Of a stretch of 64,000 bases of DNA, positions 52,702 to 64,000 are shown piece after piece. Position 1 is the first letter of the stretch. Each line of letters starts with the position of its first letter. The DNA comes from Chiloscyllium plagiosum (lineage: Eukaryota), in assembly GCF_004010195.1 (NCBI RefSeq), contig NC_057718.1:49315239-49379238 (forward strand). The letters run 5' to 3'. The notes beneath the pieces were generated by a model. That model had not been told where the DNA came from. It saw only the letters and a list, made by a program, of their open reading frames with translations, and made no database searches. A program made the position numbers and the translations under genes.

Positions 52702-53697
52702 AACAGAAGCTTTGTTCACAATTTTCTTTTAAAATGCCTGTATCCTTTTGCTTCCAGCTGCTTTCTTTTAGTTCAGTTTCTCATTCTCTGTAATGATACC
52801 CAGATATGATGGATCGCGCAGAGAACAGCCATGCGATGCACAACCAGACACTGAACAATTTAGAACTATATCTTCTCCCTTTGTTAAAATGAAAATGTGT
52901 TATTTTAAATGAAACGCCTCCTAAAAAAACGAATGTACGGACATTGAGTCATTTCTTAGAATTTAGCTTATCCATTTTATCGAGATACAGAAATAGTTTT
53001 TGTAATGTGAGTGTTGATGATCTTGGTATTGAGATCTCTGAACTTGAGACGTAATTCTGCAATAATTAGCTTACTGGGGGAGATGATCAACTGATAGACG
53101 GTCATCACAAAATGAAACGTTTCCTCATATCGACTGTTCTCAAAATAGCTGGTCTGCTTGCTATCAAGTGTCACACATCCCACTTGATGTCGTCATTCAC
53201 CTGATAAGCCTTGTTTAGAAGCCACTGCTTGATCTATTACTCTGCTCCTGAAAGAGCTGACGCATGGCTGTGGTTATGATTTAGCAGTTTGATATAATCC
53301 CAAACTTCAAATCATTCCCTTGCACATGGTCACTTAGTGAAGTACAGTTTCGTTTTACTTTGTTTTGCTTTGTGATATTTTTCTGCTTCCATTCCTATAT
53401 TCTCACTGGATTACAGAAATGGTTTGAGAAAATTCAGCAACATGCAAAAGCTACTTTTGGTCATAATTTCAGGCAGTGTCTTTCTGGTCAGAGAGGGTAG
53501 GGTGAATTGTTATGTGCAAAAAATGGATATGAATGGATTGTTCAAACACTTTCCTCTCCAGTATTCCAGCTGTCGGATTATCATTACTGTTGAATTTTGA
53601 CAACACTATCCAAAACCAGGCTGTAGCATTATGTCAGCTAATGCTGAATTCCATAGCGTGCTAGGAAATCTGCAAACTGTCTGGATACAAATATTGA

Positions 53698-55345
53698 AGA
53701 ATGTGGAAGGTAAAAAACTTGGAGAAATAAAGAGAGATATCTTGAAAAGTGTTCTTAATACAGAGAAGGAGGTGCTGGACATCTTAAAATGCATAAAGAT
53801 GGATAAATCCCCAGGACCTGATCAAGTGTTTCTCAGAACTTTGTGCAAAGCTAGGGAAGTGATTGCTGGTCCGCTTGCTGAGGTATTTGTTTCATTGACA
53901 GTCATGGGCGAGGTGCTAGAAGACTGGAGGGTGGCTAATGTGCTGCCATAATTTAGGAAAGGTTGTAAGGAAAAGCTAGGGAACTATATATCAGTGAGCC
54001 TGACATCAGTGGTGGGCAAGTTGTCAGAGAGAATTCTGATGAACAACATCTACACATATTTGGAAAGACAAGGATTGATTAAAGATAGTAAATATGGTTT
54101 CTGCGTGGGAAAGTGTGTTTCATCAACTTGATTGAGTTTTTTGAAAAAGTGACAAAGAATAGTGATGAGGGCAGAGCAGTGGATTTTGTCTATTTGGACT
54201 TCAGCAAGATGTTAAACAAGGTTCTATTTTGTAGACTGGTTAACAAGGTTAGATCATAAGGAATCTAGGCAGAGTTAATCATTTGCATACAAAATTAGTT
54301 TGAAAGTAGGAGACAGAAGGTGATGATGGAGGGTTGTTCTTCAGACTGGAGGCCTGTGACTAGTGGAGTGCCACAAGGATCCTCTACTTTTTGACATTTA
54401 TATAAATGATTGGGATGCGAGCATAAAGGTACAGTTCGTAATTTTGCAGATGACACCAAAATTGGAGGTATAGTGGACAGTGAAGAGGGTTACCTCAGAT
54501 TACAACAGGATCTTGACCAGGTTGGCCAATGGGCTGAGAAGAAGCAGATGGAGTTTGATTCAGATAAATGCGAGGTGCTGCATTTTGGGAAAGCAAATCT
54601 TAGCAGGACTTATACACTTAATGGTAAGGTCCTACGGAGTGTTACTGAACAAAGAGACCTTGGAGTGCAGGTTCAGGTAGATAGGATAGTGAAGAAGGCA
54701 TTTGGTATGCTTTCCTTTATTGGTCAGAGTATTGAATACAGGAGTTGGGAGGTCATGTTGCGGGTGTACAAGACATTGGTTAGATCACTGTTGGAGTATT
54801 GCGTGCAATTCTGGTCTCCTTCCTATCGGAAAGATGTTGAGAAACTTGAAAGGGTTCAGAAAAGATTTACAAGGATGTTGCCGGGATTGGATGATTTGAG
54901 CTATAGGAAGAGGTTGAATAGGCTAGGCCTGTTTTCCCTGGAGCATCAGAGGCTGAGGGGTGACCTTATAGAGGTTTATAAAATCATGAGGGGCACGGAT
55001 AGGATAAATAGACAAAGTCTTTTCCCTGGGGTGGGGGAGTCCAGAACTAGAGGGCATAGGCTTAGGGTAAGAGCAGAAAGATATAAAAGAGACCTAAGGG
55101 GCAACTTTTTCACTCAGAGGGTGGTACATGTGTGGAATGAATTGCCAGAGGAAGTGGTGGAGGCTGGTACAATTGCAACATTTAAAAGGCATCTGGATGA
55201 GTATATGAATAGGAAGGGTTTGGAGGGATATGGGCCAAGTGCTGGCAGGTGGGACTAGGTTGGGTTGGGATATCTGGTCGGCATGGACGGGTTGGACCGA
55301 AGAGTATGTTTCCGTGCTGTCCAGCTCTATGACTCTATGACTCTA
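53698..55345 (+). mobile_element. CR1 LINE with a 282-aa open C-terminal ORF2 stretch
   Basis: ORF 54410-55258 (FADDTKIGG...LEYCVQFWSP); (ctatgact)n tail; a further CR1 scrap to ~55497. Confidence 0.95.
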
Positions 55346-55494
55346 AGCTTGCAGATGTCACCAAAATTGATGATAGTGATGGAGAGTGAAGGAGATTATC
55401 GTACAGGGTACAACAGGACCCTGATCAGATGGGGCGATGTGCCAAGGAATGGCAGATGGAGTTTAAGTTAGATAAGTGTGAGGTGTTACATTTT

Positions 55495-55935
55495 GGTCCA
55501 ATCAGGAGTTATGTGCCTGAGGATTCAGGGTTCCATACCTTCTGTCCTCCATCTGACACTCTTCCAGACACTGCTGGGATCCTTCGCCGTCCCTTTCACT
55601 GACACTTCCACGCCTTCAGGTGCCCAGGCTCAGCCACAGTCATGGACCTTGGTTCAGCCTGTGAGTCCGGGCCAGGGAGCTCAACCTGGGAGCTGCTCCT
55701 TGATTGCCGGGAGACTCAAGGCTGGAGTGGAACTGTGTCTGACTCATCCTGGTGTTGCTTCTGCCACTGCCAGAGGCTCCCTCATTCACTTACTACTCTT
55801 CAGACTTTAAAGTAAAAAGTAAAAAAAGAAAGCAAGCAAAACCAAAACGAAAAATCATGAAATAAAAAGAGAAAGAAAGCAGAGGGGAGTGGATGAAGCC
55901 CGGTTCAACCCTACTACTCTGTCGCCATGTTGGAT
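55495..55935 (-). mobile_element. Putative 5' part of the composite retroposon family, without a VNTR
   Basis: Minus strand: caacatggcgac...catccact + T tract + tgaagag + GC-rich body. Confidence 0.45.
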
Positions 55936-56294
55936 TTAATTTTTCTTTGTATTTGTCCTTCTGAAGTGTCAAATTGTGCTGTGTGAATCGAGTGAGCACT
56001 GAGCTAATGATTGATCATGTTTTCCTTTATTCATTCCAATCTTGTCAAGCAATTTGAGTGTCTCTTAATGTCTAACAAGGCTGACAAATAGATTCTCTTG
56101 AACATGTTAAGTGCTGAATTAAATTAGAAGGCATTCTGTGGTAAAACACATTCTTGTGAATAACTAAAGCTATAAGATATTGATTTTGCTCTGCTTGAGG
56201 TATCTGAAGACAGTTGCACCACATGCTAAAATTTATGAAAAAATAATGCTGATGGTTTATGGATCACTGGAAAAGGATACTTGTACGGATTGAT

Positions 56295-56509
56295 AGTTTC
56301 CAAAAAGTGTGGTGCTGGAAAAGCACAACTGGTCAGGCAGCATCTGAGGAGCAGGAGAACCAACATTTCGAGCACAAGCTCTTCATCAGGAAAGCTAATG
56401 CCTGAAACATCGACTCTCCTGCTTCTCGGATGCTGCCTGACCAATTGTGCTTTTCCAGTTCCACATGTTTTGACTCTGATCTCCAGCATCTGCAGTCCTG
56501 ACTTCCTCC
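56295..56509. mobile_element. Foldback PLE-derived mini-element
   Basis: Inverted arms meet at the HHR (minus CTGATGAagagcttgtgctcGAAAtgtt, 56358-56392); degenerate 9-bp TSD cggattgat / tggaatgat. Confidence 0.85.
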
Positions 56510-56849
56510 TGGAATGATTTTTTTGTTGACCACCTCAAGGTTGATTTACACTCTAAGTTCACCATTCCTGCATCATGCAATGGCCAGTTTTGATATCTAA
56601 TGATGTCATCTGTTTCAAGTTGCTTCTCATACTGCCACACCAAATAGAGATGTGTCTTCTGTGAGCTGCTTGAATATTTGCTAGCCTTTGTTCTGAAACA
56701 ATGCAACAAACCATCTCCTTCCAGATTGTTACTTCAGATTGTCCAACCCCATAGCGAGCAAGTGTACCATGTCATGGGTTGTTTGCCCAGATGAAAGAGA
56801 GTTTTTGGAGCCAGTAAATCCATAATCCTTCTGCATCCATGTTACCAAT

Positions 56850-57070
56850 TGTGTTTTATGTCCTGGAGGTATGCAGAGATGACACCAGTTTCTGTGTCTG
56901 AACAGGAGTTTTGTTTACAATGCTCTTTTCAAAATGTCTGCTCACAGCTGCTTGCTTCTAGTTCAAATTCTTTTTCTTATTTTCCACACCAGTCTGACTA
57001 AACAGCAAGCAGTAAACTGCCACGCACAATCGACAACCAAATTATTGAGCAATTGAAAACTACAGACCTC
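56850..57070 (+). repeat. Old unclassified repeat, paralogous to 50640-50701 + 52702-52870
   Basis: agagatgacaccagtttctgtgtctgaacaggagttttgtttacaat vs agagatgataacagtttcttgtgtttaaaca|gaagctttgttcacaat. Confidence 0.65.
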
Positions 57071-58294
57071 TTTAAAACAGGCTTTGTTCCCTGGCATGGA
57101 CAGCATCTGTGACACCCAATTTGTCCAATCTAAAGCTGAAATGCTTTAAAACATTTGACTGAATAAGGCAATTCTGTCAAAAACAGACTCACTACAGACA
57201 TCATTTGCCTTGTAAGGAGAGAATAGAGGTTATACCCCTCCCATTTTAATCTGGAATTGAGTAATCAGGATTCCATTTTTCTTTCCTTTTGGTGGATCCT
57301 GCCAATCCTCTGTCAGCGTTATGACTGGAGACAGGGAAAACACAAGTTTTCTTTTGGGAATTAATTCATTGTGTTGTGATTTATATGATGGTGCAACTGA
57401 GGAGTTTACTGCTACTCAAAGTGAGAATTGTTATTAATAAATGATGCCAAGTGGAGGCCAGCTGTTTCCTTGCACACTTCCTCATAGCTATTTGTAAAGC
57501 ATCGCTGGCAGAGAAAAGAGGGGATGGGAGGTTCATGATCTCCCAACAGGAATTGTCCATGGGAAATGAGAGCAGAAGGGCAGCTAAAATTAAAATGGTT
57601 GCCGGAATGTAAACATGAAGATATTGACATGCCAGTAGATTTTGAAACAAATTGATATCATGCAGAATTATGGAGGGGTTTACTTGCAGCTTAAAGGCCA
57701 CTGTAAGCTTCATCCATTGTAGCCATGTCATTGCATCTTACCCTGGCAAGTTTCAACTGATTCGAATGTGCAATTTTAAAAATTGCTGTGATCAATTGAG
57801 ACACTAAAGCTCATTCCTCAATGTAAGACTTTTGAGTTTTATCAACAAATAAATAATACTGAATTATTAGTTAAGGGATTTCTTAGGTCCACTTCTGATT
57901 CAAGAAGGGGAGAATGCGATAGAAATCCTCTTTTTTCGCATGACTTTCACAATAAGCAAGGGAGCACCAATGTAGTGGGAACAGTTCTAAGGAAGTTCCT
58001 AGGAAATTTATATCCTGAAAATATTCTAGTTTCTGTTGGAAGCTTATTTATAATATATTTTTGTTGAAGGTAACTTAAAAGACGCAACACAAAGAGGAAG
58101 ACAAAATAGATACAATAAACATATTTATGACTCCTGATTCCTTAGGTGAAACTGTAATTGCTTCATTGCAAATTGTGATCTTGCTTTTAAATTTCATGAG
58201 GGTGACCACAGAATGAGAGATAAAATTATCGTTTGTCTGTGTGGGAAATAAGCCTTCTAGGTACATCAGTGATAAGTGGTTTAGCGATGTAGAA

Positions 58295-58530
58295 AGAACC
58301 TGTATTGATACAGCATTGTTCATGACCTCAGGGCATCCTGATCTTATTCACAACCAATGAAGTGCTGTTGAAGCGTCGACACCATTGTAACTTGGCATGC
58401 AAAACAGCTCATTTGCATTCAGGCAATCTCCTTCACCAAAGACAGCAATGAGATAAATGATCAGATAATGTATGTTTTAATGCTTTTGGCTGAGGAATAA
58501 ACATTGGGTAGGTTACCAACGGAACTCCAT
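58295..58530 (-). mobile_element. Deu-SINE 3' half
   Basis: Antisense similarity to 11400-11627. Confidence 0.6.
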
Positions 58531-58579
58531 GAGAGTTAAGTTGGACTTGGGTATTAAAGAAATGCTTTGTATCCTTTTA

Positions 58580-58766
58580 AAGGTTGTTCTGCTAAAGTAT
58601 GTGTTTTGTTAATGCAAATTGGGGAATTTTTATTAACTTTTAAAGCGTGTATTGGTTATAACGGGATTCTGGCCCCATTAGTTTAAATGGTGCTGCTATT
58701 GTGCGATTTTCTTATAACATGGGATTGCATGAGAATGGAACTACAGCATTGTAGCAGAACTGACTG
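58580..58766. mobile_element. Older Tigger-type MITE
   Basis: Right end tagcagaactgactg|ta; left end degenerate gttctgcta. Confidence 0.55.
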
Positions 58767-59004
58767 TACTCAAAAATTGGACTATATGTTGGAATGCAGA
58801 ATTGATATTGGACAGGATGTATAGCACACAGCAGATGTAATGCCACCTGCTTGGTGTCAGGGCACAGGTTGAACTTCAGTCCTCCACCACTGCTCTGGCA
58901 ATTCGTAAGCATCTGTGAATTAAACAAAGTAGTCTGTTTGGGGGCCATCAATCACCTGAGACAGCTCATTGATGGATTCAAGCCCAAAATGGTTTATCAT
59001 CAGA

Positions 59005-59395
59005 CCATAAAACCTGAAAAGTAGGAACTGGAGCAGGCTATTCAGCCCTTCAAGCCTGCTTTGCATTCAACAGGTTCATGGCTAATCCAATATCGACTTT
59101 CCTGTATTTCCCCATAACTCTTGATTCCCCTACTGATCAATATTCTATCTCTGCTCCACACACGGCTCTCTGCTGCAAGGAATTCCAAAGACTCAGCCTT
59201 CTCAGGGAAGAAATTCCTCCTCATTTCAATCTTGAATTAGCACGGTTTAATTCTGAAACTGTGCCCTCTGGTTCGAGAGAATTGTATGAGGGGAAATATC
59301 TTGTCAGCATTTACCCCATATGTCAAACCCCATAAGAATCCTATATGTTTCAATCAGATCACTTTTCATTCTGCAAAACTCCAGTGAGTAGAACC
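59005..59395 (-). mobile_element. CR1 3'-end fragment
   Basis: MRRNFF...SRGIKSYGE. Confidence 0.8.
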
Positions 59396-60899
59396 TGGGT
59401 ATGAAAGAAAATGCTTAGTATCCCATTACAGCTAATTCTGCTCTAACACATTTTCAGGCCCTGTTCTCTATCCACTAGCGGAAATGTTAGAATTGCTTCC
59501 CAGCTCATTTTCATGGTTGAATCAGCAGTCAGGCCCCTGGTGGCTTTGTCGATTTTAACCTTTAAGGAATAGCCCTGTCAGTTTTTTGCCAGATGTTCTT
59601 CTTACCTGTTAAATCAAGGCATGGAGGAAGAGAGTGACGCACAGCTGTGTGGGTCCCACAATGGAATTTAACTTTCCACAGACTTCATTTCAGCCACACT
59701 TTTAGAGTTAATTTTGCCCCTGCAATGTTATCACCATGAATGCAGCAATTCTGATTGAACTACTGAAGACAGATTGGGCAGAAAGAAATTTCTGGTTACA
59801 ATTTTCATATTACAGGAACAGAGCTGAATGGTTGTATCTGAAGCTCTGCAGTCAGTAGCAAAGGTATGGCCTGAACATTCATTGTGTAGTGATCAGTAAC
59901 CCAGAAAACATCTGAAAGAACAGGCAGGTCCTAATTCTGGATTGCCAATCCAATTACCAGACTTTTCAATTTACATCAGTACCCTTTAAGGGTGTGGGCT
60001 GGGTCAGGTTGTTAACAAATTATCCTTATGGCTACCTTCCACCTTTACCCTCTGCCAGTTGGTTCAACTATAGCTGTCACCATACCACCGGCAATGGAAA
60101 TCTGACCCTTTCAGACATTTTCTCCTGAGGCAGGTGGCCTGAGCTGCAAATGTTCCCAATTCTTGTTATCAGTTACAAAGGTGAAAATCTAGGCCATTGT
60201 TTCCACTTGGGAATCAGTAGGAAGCAGTAATTTGGAAGTGACATACAATACATAAGCTCCAAAGGGAATCAATACTTCAAAAGATTCAGGCACTACACAC
60301 CTATCAAACAACTTAATAACGAACATCTCTGGAGAGCAATGTTTAACAGGCAAATGTTTACCAGCTCTGTGGCAGTGGGAACAGAGGCAGGGTCTGGTAA
60401 AATGTCATGGACAAATATTGACCCGGTTCTCTGATGCCAACCTGCCACTGAACTAATTCATCACCATGGTAGGAAGCACCATAGCAGCAGAAGGTGCAAC
60501 TAACTGGAAGAGTTAGTGACAGGCACAGCACTGTGGAAAGGCAATCAAAGTAATTAAACATCCAATTGTCAGTTATTTCTTAACTGTTTGCCAATATTGT
60601 GAATAATGCATGAAGATGTATGTCTCATGTGAGGAGGGGAAGCCTCAGGAGCAGCTGAGCTGTGGTGGAAGCTGGCAGCCATGTTACAGAGCTGTCAATA
60701 TTTTGAAGAAGGAATGTTTTTATCATGTTTGATGGCACAGCAGAGCATAAGGCAAAGGTGATGTGCTGTTGGTGAAATAGTGTTCCCCAGGTCCACAACA
60801 GCCACCATGAGACAGAGCAAGGTTCTCGAGAGGTTCACCACAATGCAGGCTCATCTGATTACTTGGTCAATGCTTTCAGACCTTACCAATTCCAGGGAG

Positions 60900-62045
60900 G
60901 AGGAGGAAGAACGCATAGAAATGGAGATCTAGCAACCCAGAGATCCACTGCAGAGGTCAGTGGAGCTCCAGTTGCATGAGTGAAGCATTGGATATGGACA
61001 AGAAGGGTACATGGAGGAAGGATGGAAACACCATGGTAGCAGCAGATGCAACTAAGCTCAAGGGGTGCACCATCTCAGGCTGACTTTCATCAAAATATCC
61101 AAGTGCCAATGTCTACAAAAAGTCCAAGGACATGCTGGTAGAGATGTGCAGTTTGTTAGAACAAGAATTCAAGTCACTGGGAAGTGACGGACACCCAGTT
61201 GGCACTCAGTGTTTTTGCTTATGGTTCATTCTATGGGCTGAATGGAGATTTATGTGGCAGCTGAGTCAGCAGTTCATTGTAGGAGCTCACAGGTATCATG
61301 TACTGTCAGGCTCACCCAGGTTTAAAATCTCAACTGATCAGGTCAGTGAAACTGAAAGGGGAGCTTTGGTGTCAGGGCTTTATTTCCTCAGGTGTAAGAG
61401 GATATTGAGTATACCTATGTGACTATCAAAGCAAGGCATCTTTGTAAACAAGAGGGGCTTCCACTCCTGAATAATCAAATCATCTGTGACACTGCAAATG
61501 AAAACTGCTATTGTGTTTGTATGTTTTTTTTCCACAGGCTGCTCCCATAACTCCTAAATCACCCAACAGTCCTAATTGTCTCAGCTCTTCAGATCAGTTA
61601 GATGCCATAGGAGCTAATGCCTTGGCAAATGGGGGTAGTCACTGAAATCATTGTTCCTGATTCTTTTATGGACCCCCAATAAACAGGTAGATGACATGTA
61701 CTACCCATGCCATATAACTCAAAGCGCCATCTGAGACTTAACTGCCTTGATAGATCTGGGAGAGTCTTACAATATTCACTAGGGTACTCCACATCTTTGT
61801 CATCTGCTGCACAATGCCCAGCTGGTGCTCCAGCACTGGGGTCAGGTGAAGACACTGAGGAAGCTGCAATTGCAGGTGAAAGGGAATCAGCCTGAGGCAT
61901 TTGCATATGTGCCAGTGGATGAAGATGGCACTGAAGGACTAAATGCATCAGCTACACCCATGCAAGGTGGAAGTCCTATGATTTTCCGATTGGCTTCACA
62001 CAAAGAGAGGCACAAGGAGTCACAGAATCAATAAGTTATTTCCTG
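60900..62045 (+). pseudogene. Decayed PIF/Harbinger DDE transposase
   Basis: LVEMCSLLEQE, FVNKRGFHS, NQIICD, CLDRSGRVLQYS resemble Harbinger NRKGFHS and RFRCLDRSGG motifs; many stops and frameshifts. Confidence 0.75.
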
Positions 62046-62224
62046 AAATAACCTTGTTGACTTTCAATCAGAGACTCTCAGCACCACTGTACGCTCTGTC
62101 AACACCTCAGAAGACATTCAGTTTTCCACACCATGTCTGGTGACAATGACTTAGTTAGAAAGAGTACACTGATAGTCATGTCCCCATGTGCCACATGTTA
62201 GTGAGACCAGAAACAGGAGGATAG

Positions 62225-62683
62225 TACAGCTTAATACGTGACTATGTGACTATAGAGCTGCTGGAGGAGGGAGGGATTCAGATATCTGGATCAATAGAAT
62301 CACTTCCTGCTTTAAAAGGATAGAATGCACCTAAACTGGAGGAACACCAATATGCCACTCAGGAAGGTTTAAGCTAGTATGCCAGGGACTGGGAACCACA
62401 GCAGCAGGTCAAGTAAAGGTAGAAATAAAGGTAAGGGCTCATAATATGAATGAAGCAATGCCAGTTTAATGGACAAGGTGGGACTATAAAAAGTGTATTA
62501 AGTAAGACAGGAGGGAGAAATAATAAATAGATGCTGAAGGACAGGGTAGAGTGTACAGCCAAAAGCAAAGAGTGTAAAGACCAAATTAAATGAGGTGCGG
62601 GCACAGATTCAAATTGGAAACTAAGATATAGTAGCCGTTATGGAGGCATGGCTGCAGGATGCTGGGGTGGCAAAATAAATATT
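62225..62683 (+). mobile_element. CR1 ORF1-end / ORF2-start remnant
   Basis: ggagggagggattcagatatctggatca; DIVAVMEAWLQ resembles DIVAITETWL. Confidence 0.6.
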
Positions 62684-62744
62684 CTGTTTCCTTCTCTTTT
62701 TTACGTCTCTTCCCCTCTGGTCTCTTGGTGAGTTTCAGCCTCAT

Positions 62745-63030
62745 CTCCTGGCGGACTCCAGACTGTTCTCCCAGCAGCTCCTGGTGGGTCCTGGCCTGTT
62801 CTCTCAGCAGGACCTGGCGGGCCCTGGCCTTTTCACTCAGCAGGCCCTGGTGGGCCCTGGCCTGTTCTCCCAGCAGCTCCTGGTGGGCTCCGGCCTGTTC
62901 TCTCAGCAGGAACTGGCGGGCCCTGGCTTGTTCACTCTGCAGGCCCTGGTGGGCCCTGGCCTGTTCTCCTGGCAGCTCCTGGTGGGCCCTGGCCTGTTCT
63001 CTCAGCAGGTCTTGGCAGGCCCCCATCTGA
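62745..63030. repeat. VNTR, about 8 x 33 bp
   Basis: ggcctgttctcYcagcagNNcctggYgggccct. Confidence 0.93.
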
Positions 63031-63760
63031 TTTCTTTGCACATGGTGGGTTCTGGCCTGGTTTCTTGGCACGTAGTAGGCCCGGCTTAGTCTCTTGGTAT
63101 GTGGTGGGCTTCGGCCTGTTCTCTCAGCAGGTCCTGACGTGCGCCGGCCTGTTCTCGTGGCAGCTGTTGGCAGGCCCCTGCCTGATCTCTTGGTACGTGG
63201 TGAGCCCTGGCCTGGTTTCTCGGCACACGATAGACCCCAACCTTTTTCTCTCGGTATGTGGTGGTCCCCAGCTTGGTCTCTTAGCATGTGTCGGGCCCTG
63301 GTCTGGTCTCTCGGCATGTGTTGGGCCCCCGTCTGGTCTCTCGGCATGTAATGGGCTCCTGCCTCATCTCTCGGCACGTGGTGGGCCCCTGCCTGGTCTC
63401 TCGGCACACGATAGGCCCCAACCTTTTTCTCTCGGTACGTGGTGGGCCCCAGCCTGGTCTCTCAGCATGTGTCGGGCCCCAGTCTGGTCTCTCAGCACAT
63501 GTTGGACTCCCGTCTGGTCTCTCAGCATGTAATGGGCTCCTGCCTGGTTCCTCGGCATGTGGTGGGCCCCTGCCTGGTCTCTTGGCACACAATAGGCCCC
63601 ACCTTTTTCTCTCGGCACGTGGTGGGCCCCGGCCTGGTCTCTCAGCATGTGTCGGGCCCCGGTTTGGTCTCTTGGCACGTGTTGGGGCCCCGTCTGGTCT
63701 CTCGGCACGTAATGGGCTTCTGCCTGGTCTCTCGGCATATGTCAGACCAGCCTGGTCTCT
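63030..63760. repeat. VNTR of ~30-bp units with a 181-bp higher-order repeat (about 3 copies)
   Basis: gcctggtctctcggcacgtggtgggcccct; marker variant recurs at 63211, 63392, 63573. Confidence 0.93.
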
Positions 63761-64000
63761 CAAAAACTCCTGGCCAACCCCGGACTAGTTTCTTGGCATC
63801 CTGGTCTCTCTGGGGCTTCTGGCAGTGTCATGGCTCAGACTGCCCATGGATCCTGCCTGGGCATGTTCCTGAGGCACTGAGGGAGATCAGAAAGGTAGCA
63901 GTTTCAGTGGCAGTGATGGTATCTGCGGCAGTGACATCAAGAATAGACAGCAGAACGAGATAAGTGGAGGACTCATCAAAGACTGTTGAACTTTTAATTT

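Larger units (their letters stand above)
62685..64000 (+). mobile_element. Putative VNTR-containing composite retroposon, running off the window
   Basis: Pyrimidine tract, VNTR, GC-rich spacer, then gactgttgaacttttaa like ggctgtaatgtttaacttttaa at ~23480. Confidence 0.45.

Noticed and set aside
60900..62045. Domesticated HARBI1 gene
   Set aside because: Multiple stops and frameshifts; a decayed transposon.
62586..63963. Several 100-273 aa repetitive ORFs
   Set aside because: Multi-frame, both-strand read-through of GC-rich VNTRs.

Overview
Repeat-dense eukaryotic DNA, most likely from a cartilaginous fish (shark). This is inferred from HE1/V-SINE-type and Deu-domain SINEs, many CR1 LINEs and Penelope-like elements (PLEs). 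I can name no host gene; only a few weak candidate exons are visible. The recognisable content is mostly transposon remains: CR1, L2 and RTE LINEs, SINEs, a solo LTR, two Tigger/pogo-type MITEs and a decayed Harbinger transposase. Main observations: (1) two young PLE copies each carry an identical 36-nt minimal hammerhead ribozyme (HHR), and in one the internal region is replaced by a near-perfect 84-bp (4x21) array within a 17-bp TSD; (2) three short foldback PLE derivatives have their own TSDs, HHR motifs and an asymmetric 30-40 nt tail; (3) a probable family of non-coding composite retroposons has a shared head/tail around different GC-rich VNTRs; (4) a PLE has a twin-priming-like 5' inversion; (5) a deep nest of insertions lies at 11.6-17.1 kb. 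Family names come from recalled motifs, not database searches. Boundaries of old elements are approximate.
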